Assembly (NCBI GenBank): GCA_946402945.1
Contig: CAMIYB010000001.1
Coordinates: 65,427-129,426 of the forward strand
Direction of reading: 5' to 3'
Source: an uncultured Bacteroidales bacterium
GTDB lineage: Bacteria; Bacteroidota; Bacteroidia; Bacteroidales; UBA932
DNA length: 64,000 nucleotides
Shown here: in pieces, positions 26,636 to 36,999 of the stretch
Layout: each line of letters opens with the position of its first letter
Position numbering within the stretch: the first letter of the stretch is position 1
The notes under the pieces: generated by a model
Databases searched by the model: none
Seen by the model: only the letters and a program-made list of their open reading frames with translations
Told to the model about the DNA's origin: nothing
Made by a program: the position numbers and the translations under genes

Positions 26636-27274
26636 ATGGCTGAACTCAAAATCGGCGAGCAGAGCAAGCCTCGCTTTGAATTCCGCAGCTTCGGGCAGTG
26701 CTTCTGCCAGCAGGCCAAGCGGATGGCGCGCCTTTCCGTTCCCGTACCTGAAAAGGTATGGGAGCGGGAGAGCGACGAGATATACATCATCTCCGCAAAG
26801 AACGACATCAACAACACCAAGATCCGCGGCGGCAAGATGGACATCAAGACCTATGTCCAGACCGTCGACGGCCTCGAGCAGTGGAATCCCCTCATGAAGG
26901 GCGAGTTCCCGATCTCCCGCGAGGTCCTCGAGAAGGAAGTCTTCCCGGCTTTCATGGTGGAGATGCCTGCGCTCACCAAGGATACCTACACCTTGGATGA
27001 ATTCCTCGCCATGGTCAAGGCCAACAAGGACCTGGCCGCCGTCCGCGTCCACAAGCAGCGCTTCGGCTACATGGTCAACAACACCATCTGCGAGGTGGGC
27101 AACGTCCTGATCAACGGCGCCAAGGTCGTGACGATCAACTCCGAGTCCACCGAGATCGAGGATATCAAGAAGACCATCGCCGACGTCGGGCTCGAGGGCG
27201 TGGAGAACATCAACTACCTCCAGGCCATCAAGCGCGTGATCGGCATGAGCGACAAACCCCTTGCAAACGAATAA
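26636..27274 (+). CDS. Hypothetical protein, probable divergent CYTH/triphosphate-tunnel fold
   Basis: Start MAELKI at 26636. RFEFRSF, DEIY, KIRGGKMDIK and HKQRFGY follow the order of the CYTH ExExKF, DxY, RxR..K and KxR motifs. Confidence 0.6.
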   Translation: MAELKIGEQSKPRFEFRSFGQCFCQQAKRMARLSVPVPEKVWERESDEIYIISAKNDINNTKIRGGKMDIKTYVQTVDGLEQWNPLMKGEFPISREVLEKEVFPAFMVEMPALTKDTYTLDEFLAMVKANKDLAAVRVHKQRFGYMVNNTICEVGNVLINGAKVVTINSESTEIEDIKKTIADVGLEGVENINYLQAIKRVIGMSDKPLANE

Positions 27275-27277
27275 GGT

Positions 27278-27754
27278 ATGGCACAGGAAATCGAACGCAA
27301 ATTCTTGGTAAAGGGCGACTTCAAGGCCGAGGCCTTCAAAGCCACCCGCATCACCCAGGGTTACCTGAGCAGTGTTCCGGAGCGGACCGTCCGCATCCGT
27401 GTCAAAGGCGACAAGGGCTTCATTACGGTCAAGGGAATCGGCAACGCTTCCGGCGCCGCCCGTTTCGAGTGGGAGAAGGAAATCCCCGTGGATGAGGTGA
27501 AGGCCCTCCTGGACCTCGCCGAGCCCGGCGTGATCGACAAGACCCGCTACCTGGTCAAAAACACCGACGGGAAGCATACCTGGGAAGTGGATGAGTTCTA
27601 CGGCGACAACGACGGCCTGACGGTCGCCGAGGTCGAACTGGCCGACGAGAACGAGCCCTTCGACAAGCCCGCGTGGCTTGGGGAAGAAGTGACGGGCGAT
27701 CCCAAGTACTTCAACTCCATGCTGATGAAGAATCCGTACAAGAACTGGAAGTAA
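27278..27754 (+). CDS. CYTH domain triphosphate tunnel metalloenzyme (inorganic triphosphatase-like)
   Basis: EIERKF, QGYL, RIR, TVKG, KTRY, WEVDEF, AEVEL, EVTGD.KY.N. Confidence 0.93.
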   Translation: MAQEIERKFLVKGDFKAEAFKATRITQGYLSSVPERTVRIRVKGDKGFITVKGIGNASGAARFEWEKEIPVDEVKALLDLAEPGVIDKTRYLVKNTDGKHTWEVDEFYGDNDGLTVAEVELADENEPFDKPAWLGEEVTGDPKYFNSMLMKNPYKNWK

Positions 27755-27761
27755 AGGACAG

Positions 27762-29363
27762 ATGGATCCGGTGAAGGCAGGTGCGGCGGTCGACCCGCTG
27801 GACATGAACAACTACAAAATCGAGAAACTGCCCAAGATGCAGAAATCCCGGTTTGAGGTGTGGATGGCCCGGCTGGGCGGTCCGCTGGCCCTGATCGCCT
27901 TCGTCTGGATCTGCTGGTTCTGTCACATCGGCTTCATCGACCATCTGGACACCAGCCTGCTGGCCGCTTCCGCACAGAAGCGGCTGGCGGCGCTGGGCCC
28001 GGAAGGTTTCCTGCGCGCCAACTACGCGATGCTGGCCATTTTCGTGGCCAGTCTGATTCTCTGGATGACGGAGGCGCTGCCCAACTACCTGACCTCCCTG
28101 ATCCTGATGCTGGGCGTCGTCCTCTTCGGCGTCACCACGCAGAAGGAGGCCCTGGCCCAGTTGGGCCATCCGGTGATGTGGCTCAATATCCTGAGTTTCG
28201 TCCTGGCGTCCATGCTGGTCAAGACCCAGTTCGCCAAGCGCCTGGCCCTGGCTTTCGTCATCAAATTCGGCAAGAGCGCCAAGAGCGTGCTCTGGAGTTT
28301 CCTGCTGATCAACCTCATCCTTTCGGCCTTTATCTCCGCCACGACGGTCAAGGCCACCATCATGCTCCCGATCTTTATGGTCATCTGCGCCATCTACGGC
28401 GCCTCGGACGGCCACCGCAACAATTTCGGGCGCAACCTCGTGATCCAGAATCTTTTCCAGGTCAATATCGGAGCCAACGCCTTCTATACCGGCAGCGGGG
28501 CGCACCTGCTGGCCATTTCGCTCATCGCCGGTTTCCTCGGCTCCTGCGACTTCGGTTATAAGGAATGGCTTGTGGCCGTGGGCCCGATGAGCATCCTCAT
28601 CCTGGTCGTGGGTCTGCTGATGGGCATGTATGTGTTCTTCCCGATGAAAAAGGAAGAGCAGCATCCCCAGATCGACGGCGGTATCGAGCGCCTCCGGAAC
28701 GAACTTGCGGCGATGGGCCGGATGTCGGCCGAAGAATGGAAGGCGGTCGCCATCTTCCTGATCGTCCTCTTCCTCTGGGTTACCAAGGGCACCTTCCACA
28801 ACATCGACGAGACGATCGTCGCCCTGATCGGCGCCATCCTGGCCCTTCTGCCGGGTATCGGCGTGGTCAAATGGAACGATGTGGACATTCCCTGGCACCT
28901 GATGCTCTTCTCGGCGGGTGCCTATGTCCTCGGCAGCGGCCTCAATGCGACCGACCTGCCCAATACCATGGTCAATGCCGCCTTCGATTCGATGGGCATC
29001 ACCTCGGACACCCCCTTCTGGGTGCTGTACGTGATCTTGACCTTCCTGATGATGTATTCCGGCCTGGTGTTCCAGAGCAAGACTATCCGTACCATGGTCT
29101 TCGTCCCCATCGCCCTGGGTGTGGAGAAGCGTTTCGGCTTCCCGCCCATGAGCCTGGCCCTGCCGGTCGCGATGCTCATCGAGCATTGCTATGTGCTGCC
29201 GTTCAACAGCAAACCGGCGGCCCTCCTGTACAATACCAACCAATACAGCCAGACGGATGCCTTCAAATACGGCATCACCATGATGACCTTCTCCTGGTTG
29301 CTGATCCTCGTGTTCGGCCAGACGGTCCTCAAGTGGCTGCACATAACACCCGGCCTGTTTTAG
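27762..29363 (+). CDS. SLC13/DASS family anion transporter
   Basis: LWMTEALP, TGSGAHL, WNDVDIPW..MLF and LP...PAALLY motifs; many TM helices. Confidence 0.88.
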   Translation: MDPVKAGAAVDPLDMNNYKIEKLPKMQKSRFEVWMARLGGPLALIAFVWICWFCHIGFIDHLDTSLLAASAQKRLAALGPEGFLRANYAMLAIFVASLILWMTEALPNYLTSLILMLGVVLFGVTTQKEALAQLGHPVMWLNILSFVLASMLVKTQFAKRLALAFVIKFGKSAKSVLWSFLLINLILSAFISATTVKATIMLPIFMVICAIYGASDGHRNNFGRNLVIQNLFQVNIGANAFYTGSGAHLLAISLIAGFLGSCDFGYKEWLVAVGPMSILILVVGLLMGMYVFFPMKKEEQHPQIDGGIERLRNELAAMGRMSAEEWKAVAIFLIVLFLWVTKGTFHNIDETIVALIGAILALLPGIGVVKWNDVDIPWHLMLFSAGAYVLGSGLNATDLPNTMVNAAFDSMGITSDTPFWVLYVILTFLMMYSGLVFQSKTIRTMVFVPIALGVEKRFGFPPMSLALPVAMLIEHCYVLPFNSKPAALLYNTNQYSQTDAFKYGITMMTFSWLLILVFGQTVLKWLHITPGLF

Positions 29364-29367
29364 ACCT

Positions 29368-29988
29368 ATGACGATAGAATGGAATCTGATCCTGCGCCTG
29401 CTGATAGCGGGCCTGCTCGGGGGCCTGATCGGCCTCGAGCGGATGGTGCGGGCCAAGGAAGTGGGCATCCGTACCCACTTTGTCGTCGCACTGGGAAGTG
29501 CGCTCTTCATGCTGATTTCGCAGTTTGCCTTCTCCGGACGCTTCGATTCGGCCCGCGTGGCCGCCCAGGTGGTGTCCGGCATCGGCTTTATCGGAGCCGG
29601 CGTGATTATTTTTCAGAAGAATGCGGTCCGCGGCATCACCACCGCCTCAGCCCTGTGGGTGGCCGCCGCCGTCGGCCTTGCCTGCGGGGCGGGCATGTAT
29701 GACGTGTCGGTCGCGGCTGCCGTGATGACGGTCATCTGCCTCGAGGCGATGCACTATGTCTCGGTCCAATATGGAGAAAAGACGGTATTCGTCAGCATGA
29801 GCCCGGTCCGGAATTCGGAGGCGGCGGAAATCCTGGAAAAGGTCCACAAGGCGGGCTACACCGTGGAAGATTTCTCGGTCCATGGCGATGTGGCCGAGAT
29901 GGCGATCCGGATCCGGCAGAAAGATCATGAAAGTCTGGTCCGTTTCTTCCTGGGCCTGTCTGACGGTCTTCGGATAGATATTTCATAG
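29368..29988 (+). CDS. MgtC/SapB family membrane protein
   Basis: IGLER, GIRTH, RVAAQVVSGIGFIGAG and GITTASALW. Confidence 0.92.
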   Translation: MTIEWNLILRLLIAGLLGGLIGLERMVRAKEVGIRTHFVVALGSALFMLISQFAFSGRFDSARVAAQVVSGIGFIGAGVIIFQKNAVRGITTASALWVAAAVGLACGAGMYDVSVAAAVMTVICLEAMHYVSVQYGEKTVFVSMSPVRNSEAAEILEKVHKAGYTVEDFSVHGDVAEMAIRIRQKDHESLVRFFLGLSDGLRIDIS

Positions 29989-30010
29989 TTTTTACGACAG
30001 TAACGTGCGT

Positions 30011-31924
30011 ATGAGAAAATATTTCCTTTTGTTTGCGGTCATCCTCGCGGCGCTTTCCGCCTGTAAGAAGGATGTCCCCTTTTCCGTTTATTATGGTGGC
30101 GTTCCGTCCGGCGACGTTCCCCCCGGTCCCGTCGTTCCGCCGACGCCGAGCGAGGACTCGATGGTCCCCGAATCCAACCCGGATGCGGTGCCTTACGGCG
30201 ATCTGGTGGATCCTCTCCGCGATGCCGGGCAGTTCTTCATCCCGCAGAACGACTTCTCTCCCAAGGGGTATTGGTATGTTATGCATACCGATTACAACCA
30301 TCGGGAAGATCCATCCGTGAACGGTTCCGCGGGTGCCGGCCTGCAGGGATACCTGCTGATGCATTCGGTCGTCGGCCTGATCAACAAGGCGGCCATCGCC
30401 GGCGAGATCGACTACTGCGCCTGGATGGAAAAGGGCGAACTGGCCTATGATACCGAGCGTGCCCTGCTGGGCAGCCAGATCGGCCGGCAGACGGCCCTGG
30501 AACTGGCCACCAAGGGTTACGGGAAGTGGGAAGGCATCGATGTGCAGGCGAAGGACCTGTTCAAGGGCTATGTCCTTACGGACCTGGAGAATAATCCCGA
30601 GAGCGGCAACATCGCGGCCGTGGCCTCGCATGTGTACGATGCGCTGATCGCCGATGTCAAGAACGAGCAGTACTTCAAAGACGCCGGCTATACGCTCAAA
30701 TGCGACTGCCGCAACATGACCCTCCGGCAGGCCTTCGACCAGTTCAAGGACAAGTGCAACAACAATGCGCTGGTCCTGATGCCGGTCGGCGTCAAGGGCC
30801 ACATGGACGTCGCTGCCGGTGAAATCCGCGACTACGCCATCGCCAACCGGCTCTTTGTGGCCAACCTGGTCGGCGGCAAGCAGAACAATACCGCCCTATT
30901 CAAGGAGATTCTTGACTGGCTGCAGCCCGGTTCCCAGGTTATCGGCTGGGAAAATAACGACCTCGTGGGGGAGGACAGTTTCGTAGATCCCGTCTCCCAG
31001 TACGGCCACCTGATGCTGGCGGCGGACTGGAGTTACAACCATGCGCTGACCTCCCGCAGTTATGCCGGCCGTCAGCCCGCCACGCGGGCGAAGGTGATCA
31101 ACCCGCGCAATATCAATTACAACGTGAAGGGCAATTACCTGTCTTACTTCCTGACGGACGGTGACAACTACCAGTTCATCATCACCAACGACTTCATCAA
31201 CAGTTATTACAAGCGTCCTTCGGCCGTTACCACCAAGACGGCCTTCGAACTCGGTTCGCAGTCGCTGATCCAGCTGGCCCCGACCCGCTTTACCTATCTG
31301 ATGGAGCAGCAGCCTTCGGCGGAATGTACCATTATGGAGACTTTCGGCGGCGGCTATTATTATATCGATACCTATTCCACACAAGGTTCTTCCGCGTCCA
31401 AACGGGCGGCCAACATGAAGATGGTCGCCGAGCGGACGGCGGCCCACATGCGCCAGCACGGCATCAAGATCCTTCACGTGATGGCCCGGAGTTTCTCCGA
31501 CCCGAGGGGACAGGAGATGCTGCAGGCCTTCGTCGATGCCAACGACCAGCTCGAGGGGATCACAGGCGTGGAGTATGCCCCCTACAACGGCGGTCAGGGC
31601 AAGGTCTATTGGTTTACGAACAAGGCCGGCTATGACATCCCGCTTATCACGACCAAATACATGCTCTGGCAGGGCATTTCCCCGCCGGCGATGGCCGCCC
31701 AGAACATGAACCGCAACGAAGAAGCCGACAAGCAGACCTTCAGCACGGTCGCCATCCATGCCTGGAGCGACTTTGACGGCAACCGGGCTTCCGACGGCGC
31801 CGTCCTGATGCGCAACGGCCTCGAGGACCGCTTCAAGGTCGTATCCGTCCAGGAACTCATCTGGCGTCTGCGCATGGCCGAGCGGGAAGAGCAGACCAAG
31901 CAGTTCCTTGCCACAATTAAGTAA
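30011..31924 (+). CDS. GxGYxYP-family putative glycoside hydrolase lipoprotein
   Basis: Lipobox LSAC; GLINK, IRDYAIAN, AADWSYN, TDGDN, GGGYYY and HAWS motifs. Confidence 0.8.
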   Translation: MRKYFLLFAVILAALSACKKDVPFSVYYGGVPSGDVPPGPVVPPTPSEDSMVPESNPDAVPYGDLVDPLRDAGQFFIPQNDFSPKGYWYVMHTDYNHREDPSVNGSAGAGLQGYLLMHSVVGLINKAAIAGEIDYCAWMEKGELAYDTERALLGSQIGRQTALELATKGYGKWEGIDVQAKDLFKGYVLTDLENNPESGNIAAVASHVYDALIADVKNEQYFKDAGYTLKCDCRNMTLRQAFDQFKDKCNNNALVLMPVGVKGHMDVAAGEIRDYAIANRLFVANLVGGKQNNTALFKEILDWLQPGSQVIGWENNDLVGEDSFVDPVSQYGHLMLAADWSYNHALTSRSYAGRQPATRAKVINPRNINYNVKGNYLSYFLTDGDNYQFIITNDFINSYYKRPSAVTTKTAFELGSQSLIQLAPTRFTYLMEQQPSAECTIMETFGGGYYYIDTYSTQGSSASKRAANMKMVAERTAAHMRQHGIKILHVMARSFSDPRGQEMLQAFVDANDQLEGITGVEYAPYNGGQGKVYWFTNKAGYDIPLITTKYMLWQGISPPAMAAQNMNRNEEADKQTFSTVAIHAWSDFDGNRASDGAVLMRNGLEDRFKVVSVQELIWRLRMAEREEQTKQFLATIK

Positions 31925-33844
31925 ATGATCTCTGATATGAAGCATATGCAACTCTTTCGGAATGTACTTGCCCTGGGCCTGACCTCGCTGGTTGTCCTCC
32001 TGACGGTCTCTTCCTGCGCGAAAAAGCAGGCGGAGTCCGGCTCCTGGGACGACAGCGTGGTCGGTTACATCTCCGTCTCAGGTGTCGTACGGGACACCTT
32101 CGGCAATCCGGTGGCCGATGTGGATATCTCCTTCAAGGGGACCAACGCCCAGCGCGAATTGCGGAAGATCACTTTCAGCGATTTCGACGGGTCCTATTCG
32201 ATCGAACGTGTTCCTTCCAACGCGCGGTTCATCATTTTCGAGAAGGAAGGTTTCTCGACGCTGGCCTATACCCTTCTCCCGGAGCGCTTTGCCTCGGGAG
32301 AACCCCTGGAACTGAATCCTGTCATGGAATTTGCCAACGCGATCATCCGCGGGACGGTGCTCGACGCCACCAATGGCCAGCCCATGCAGGGGGTCCGCAT
32401 CGACTGCGGGGATATCTCCGTCAACACCGCGGAAGACGGTTCCTTCTCCATCGAAGGCCTGGCCCTGAAGGATTACCGGATCGATTATGTGACGACCGAC
32501 GGCCTGACCTACACGCGTCAGGTGGAGGCGGACGAGTTCATCGACGGTACGGCGACCCTGCCGACCGTGCGGCTGGGCGGTGAGGAGATCATGCCGGGCA
32601 TGAAGTGGCAGGAAATGGCGGATGCCCCCGTCTGGTACGGCAACAACTACCGGGGCGCCGACGGCTATGGCGGCATCAACCACTGGTCGGTCGGCTACAT
32701 GTCCATCTTCCCGGTCTGGCTCAAGCCCCAGGACAAGGGCAACGAGAAAGACTGCTTCGGCCATTACCGCTACGAGGCCGAAGGCTGTGCCCTGGTCAAC
32801 ATGGAAGGGGAGAACGCTTCCTATCCGGAGGACCGTTTCATCGCCTACACCTATGGCCGCAAGACCATCACGGAAGGCAACCGCTACATGCATGTCAATG
32901 TGCGGACGCACTATGCTACCACCGCCGAACCCGCCGCCTTCGGCCTCCAGGTTGTCAACCTGACCGACGGCTCCCTGACGGTCGATCACGTGGCGGATTA
33001 CACCTATGCCAACGGCGAGTTCAAGACTTTCACCTTCGACCTGGGCGACTATGTCGGCAAGGAGATTTTCATCGCCTTCGGTATCTACTGGCGCACCTAT
33101 AACTTCCATCTTCCCTGCCGGCGGATCTTCTTCGCTTCCTCCCCGGATGCCAAGAATGACGATGCGCTGACGGGCGAGGCGGTCGAGGGAGCCGCCTGGC
33201 GCGGCTTTACCCGGGAGAACATCGGTTCGCTCGGGGTCAATCCGGGCCGTTCCTTCTCCGGCCTGAACCACGGAATGAACGACAGCGAGGCCGTCGGCGG
33301 CGTCCGCCACAAGCATGACCCGGGCTCGCCGCAGGGCTACAGCCCGCTGGCCGGGACGGACCACCTCATCACGAGTTGGACCCTCCAGTATGTCAACCAG
33401 ACCGTCGAGCCGGTCAATTCCGAAGGCTACACCATCAAGACCCGTTCGGACGTCGATGCCAACTTCTCCATGCCCGAGACCTATCTTTACAGCCGGTTCC
33501 GTGTCATCGACGCCACGAGCCACCTGCATCTCTACGCGCGGACCTTCTCCAGCACCAACCCGACGGTGTTCCGGGTGACGGTCGTCCCGCTGTCGACCTT
33601 CAAGGCCCAGGCGCTGGCTCCCTTCGCCAACACGGCCAATACGGCCGCCGCGGTGTCCGGAGGTGACGGGTGCTGGCAGTTCCTCCACGAAAGCGGCAAC
33701 GGCGACAAGGCGGAATACGCCCGCTTCGACTACAACCTGGCGGAGTACATCGGGCAGGATGTCGTGCTGGCTGTCGGCGTGTACAAGGGTGTGACCCGTG
33801 ACGGTGAGCAGAAACTCTGCATCCGTTCGATTGAGTTGGATTAA
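31925..33844 (+). CDS. Surface lipoprotein with two carboxypeptidase-regulatory-like domains (PUL accessory/glycan-binding)
   Basis: Lipobox VSSC; SGVVRDTFGNPVADV and RGTVLDATNGQPMQGV repeats; two beta-sandwich ends (FDLGDYVGKEI, YNLAEYIGQDV). Exact start uncertain. Confidence 0.75.
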   Translation: MISDMKHMQLFRNVLALGLTSLVVLLTVSSCAKKQAESGSWDDSVVGYISVSGVVRDTFGNPVADVDISFKGTNAQRELRKITFSDFDGSYSIERVPSNARFIIFEKEGFSTLAYTLLPERFASGEPLELNPVMEFANAIIRGTVLDATNGQPMQGVRIDCGDISVNTAEDGSFSIEGLALKDYRIDYVTTDGLTYTRQVEADEFIDGTATLPTVRLGGEEIMPGMKWQEMADAPVWYGNNYRGADGYGGINHWSVGYMSIFPVWLKPQDKGNEKDCFGHYRYEAEGCALVNMEGENASYPEDRFIAYTYGRKTITEGNRYMHVNVRTHYATTAEPAAFGLQVVNLTDGSLTVDHVADYTYANGEFKTFTFDLGDYVGKEIFIAFGIYWRTYNFHLPCRRIFFASSPDAKNDDALTGEAVEGAAWRGFTRENIGSLGVNPGRSFSGLNHGMNDSEAVGGVRHKHDPGSPQGYSPLAGTDHLITSWTLQYVNQTVEPVNSEGYTIKTRSDVDANFSMPETYLYSRFRVIDATSHLHLYARTFSSTNPTVFRVTVVPLSTFKAQALAPFANTANTAAAVSGGDGCWQFLHESGNGDKAEYARFDYNLAEYIGQDVVLAVGVYKGVTRDGEQKLCIRSIELD

Positions 33845-33860
33845 TGAAAAGGAAGACGAT

Positions 33861-36800
33861 ATGAATAAACGTATTGTATGCCTTCTGACAATGCTGGGGA
33901 TCTTTCTCCTGCCGGTATTGTCCTATGCACAGAATCCCATTACCGTAACCGGCGTGGTCTCCGACGGGCAGCGGCAGCCGATCATCGGCGCCAGCGTCAT
34001 GCTCAAGGGGGCCAAGACCGGGGCCGCCACTGACATGGACGGCCGCTACTCGATTACGGTCCCCGATAATGCCGTACTGGAGTTTTCCTACCTGGGCATG
34101 GTGACGCAGAGCGTCCCGGTCGGCGGCAGGAAGACCATCAACGTTTTGCTCGAGGAAGATGTCAACTACCTGGATGCGGCCATCTTCGTGGGGTACGGCA
34201 CCCAGAAGAAGGGTTCCCTGACCGGATCGGTCGTCGCCGTCAGCGGAGACGATATGGTCCGCACCAAGAACGAGAACCCGCAGAATATGCTCACGGGCCG
34301 TGTCCCGGGCGTGCGTATCTGGCAGAAGACCGCCGAGCCGGGCCAGTACAATTCTTCCCTGGATATCCGTGGCTTCGGTACTCCGCTTGTCATCATCGAC
34401 GGGGTGGAACGCGGCATGAGCGATTTCCAGCGCCTGTCCCCTTCGGACATCGAGAATGTCTCCGTCCTGAAGGACGCCGCGGCGGCCATCTACGGCCTCA
34501 AGGGCGGTGACGGCGTAGTGCTGGTGACGACCAAGAGCGGTTCCGCCGGCAAGACGCGCGTCACCTACGACGGTAACTTCACCTTCCAGACGCCGGCCTC
34601 GCTGCCGCGCCAGATGGACGCCCTTTCTTCCATGCTGCTCGTCAACGAGCGCAGCATGGGCGGTGTCGAGGGCGGCGCACCGGAATTCCCGGAAGAGAAG
34701 ATCGCCCCCTACCGCGACGGCAGGGCCAAGGGAACGGACTGGAACAGCCTCATCATCCAGGATATGGCCCCGCAGACGCGCCATGACCTGAGCATCAGCG
34801 GCGGTTCTGATAAAATCCAGTTCTACGTGGGCCTGGGCTATTTCTTCCAGGAAGGCTTCTGGAAGAGCGGCGACACGAAGTACGACAAGTTCAACCTCCG
34901 CTCCAACATTACGGCCCAGATTGCCAATGGCCTGAAATTCCGCCTGAACCTGTCCGGCTATTCCGAACTCCTCAAGAACCCGCTGGACGATCCGGAACTG
35001 ATCATCCGCTACTGGTGGAAGCAGAGTACGGTGTGGGATGCCTATGCGGATCCCGCCCAGACCATGCTGAACTACCAGGACCTGGAGCTGGAGTGGAACT
35101 CCGTGGCCCGAATCTACACCGACATCTCCGGTCATCGGAAAAACGACAGGAAGAGTTTCAACATCGCTCCTTCCCTGACCTATGATTTCGAAGCCATCAC
35201 GCCCGCCCTCCAGGGCCTGAGCGCCAAGGTCCTGTTCAGTTACGACTACCGGATCTCGCAGGACGAGCGTTATCGCAAGGAATACTACCAGTATGCCTAC
35301 AATCCTTTGACCCAGACCTATGAGTCGAAACTCTATGCCGCGTCTTCGCCCAGCCAGTTGACCCGGACCGACACGGTCAACTACTCCTGGCTGCTGCAGT
35401 CGCTCCTCCAGTATGACAGGACTTTCTCGAAGCATCATGTCGGGGCGATGGTCGGCTGGGAAATCCAGAAGAAATTCGCCGACGGCTGGCGGGGTTGGGG
35501 CGACCTGGCCTTCGCTTCTCCCTATTTCAAGGCCCTCTCCGTGGACAACCACAACCTGGCGCAGACCACGCTCACCGAGTATGCCTATGAATCCCTGATC
35601 GGCCGTCTGAACTACAATTTCGACGAGCGGTATCTGATTGAGGGCCAGTTCCGTTACGACGGTTCCTCCCGCTTCGCCCCCGGGCACAAGTGGGGCTTCT
35701 TCCCCTCGGTTTCCGCCGGTTGGCGCATCTCCCAGGAGCCCTGGTTCAAGAGCAGCCCCCTGAGTTTTATCAACCAGTTGAAACTGCGGGCCAGTTATGG
35801 TATCCTGGGTGCGGACGGATCCACCTATGAATGGATTACGGGCTACACCTACCCGGCCGCCACCCTTTCCGACAACGGATACTACACCTCCAACGCTCCG
35901 ATTTACTATCTGGGCAGTTGGGTGATGCGGGCCGATCCCAAGGCGCTGGCGAACGAGAATGTGACCTGGTACAGGAATTATACCTTCAATGCCGGTATCG
36001 ACTTCGAGGCCTGGCAGGGCCTCTTCGGCTTCTCCTTCGACTACTTCTACCGTTACCGCTGGGGCCTGCTGGGCCAGAATACGGGCGACTTCCCCACGAT
36101 TGTCGGTGCGACGCCCCCGCTGGAGAACCTGAACTCGGACTGCCATTTCGGTTTCGAACTGGAACTGAGCCACCGGCACCGGATCGGCCAGTTCCGTTAC
36201 CAGGCGAAGATGATGATGTCCATCACCCGCAACAAGCGTCTCTACTGGTACAATACGACCCATTATGCCAACTCCTACGATGCCTGGCGGAACGATGCGA
36301 ACAACCAGCGTTACCAGGGCCTCAAGTTCGGGTATGAGGTCATCGGACAGTACCAGAGTTGGGAGGATATCTGGACCTACGACATAAACAAGGGCAACGG
36401 CGTCCGTCCCGGCGATTTCAAGTACCTCGACTGGAACGGAGACGGTACCATCGACGGCCAGGATGCCCATCCCTATTCCTATCAGGGCACGCCGTGGATG
36501 AACTTCTCCCTGTCCCTGGACGGTTCCTGGCGCAACCTGGACTTCAGCATCCTGCTGCAGGGCGCCGCCCTCGGTTCGGTCAAGTTCGGCGAGCCGCAAC
36601 TCAGCATCTGGGGCCAGCACGGCGGCGGTATGCTGGAACAGTTCGCCGACCGCTGGCATCCCTCGGTCGTGACCAACGATGTCTATGACCAGACCCTGAC
36701 CTGGATTCCGGGTACCTACGCCTATGGCGGCAATTCCCCGGACGAGAACAGCGATTTCAACGTCCAGCCCATCGACTACCTGCGTCTGAAGGCCATCGAG

Positions 36801-36986
36801 ATCGGCTACACGCTGCCGAAGATTTCCGCCCTGAAAGACCTGACGCTGCGCATCTATGCCAATGCCTACAATCCTTTCACGATCACGGGCGTCAAATACA
36901 TCGATCCGGAACACCCGGCCGACAGTTACGGGCGTCTCTATCCGCTCAACAAGTCCTACACGATCGGTTTGAACATTTCATTCTAA
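33861..36986 (+). CDS. susC: SusC/RagA TonB-dependent transporter
   Basis: Start MNKRIV at 33861; GYGTQKK, LKDAAAAIYG..G.DGVVLVTTK, RYDGSSRF, WGFFPSVSAGW and terminal F. Confidence 0.96.
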   Translation: MNKRIVCLLTMLGIFLLPVLSYAQNPITVTGVVSDGQRQPIIGASVMLKGAKTGAATDMDGRYSITVPDNAVLEFSYLGMVTQSVPVGGRKTINVLLEEDVNYLDAAIFVGYGTQKKGSLTGSVVAVSGDDMVRTKNENPQNMLTGRVPGVRIWQKTAEPGQYNSSLDIRGFGTPLVIIDGVERGMSDFQRLSPSDIENVSVLKDAAAAIYGLKGGDGVVLVTTKSGSAGKTRVTYDGNFTFQTPASLPRQMDALSSMLLVNERSMGGVEGGAPEFPEEKIAPYRDGRAKGTDWNSLIIQDMAPQTRHDLSISGGSDKIQFYVGLGYFFQEGFWKSGDTKYDKFNLRSNITAQIANGLKFRLNLSGYSELLKNPLDDPELIIRYWWKQSTVWDAYADPAQTMLNYQDLELEWNSVARIYTDISGHRKNDRKSFNIAPSLTYDFEAITPALQGLSAKVLFSYDYRISQDERYRKEYYQYAYNPLTQTYESKLYAASSPSQLTRTDTVNYSWLLQSLLQYDRTFSKHHVGAMVGWEIQKKFADGWRGWGDLAFASPYFKALSVDNHNLAQTTLTEYAYESLIGRLNYNFDERYLIEGQFRYDGSSRFAPGHKWGFFPSVSAGWRISQEPWFKSSPLSFINQLKLRASYGILGADGSTYEWITGYTYPAATLSDNGYYTSNAPIYYLGSWVMRADPKALANENVTWYRNYTFNAGIDFEAWQGLFGFSFDYFYRYRWGLLGQNTGDFPTIVGATPPLENLNSDCHFGFELELSHRHRIGQFRYQAKMMMSITRNKRLYWYNTTHYANSYDAWRNDANNQRYQGLKFGYEVIGQYQSWEDIWTYDINKGNGVRPGDFKYLDWNGDGTIDGQDAHPYSYQGTPWMNFSLSLDGSWRNLDFSILLQGAALGSVKFGEPQLSIWGQHGGGMLEQFADRWHPSVVTNDVYDQTLTWIPGTYAYGGNSPDENSDFNVQPIDYLRLKAIEIGYTLPKISALKDLTLRIYANAYNPFTITGVKYIDPEHPADSYGRLYPLNKSYTIGLNISF

Positions 36987-36999
36987 GGAGGAAACGGAC

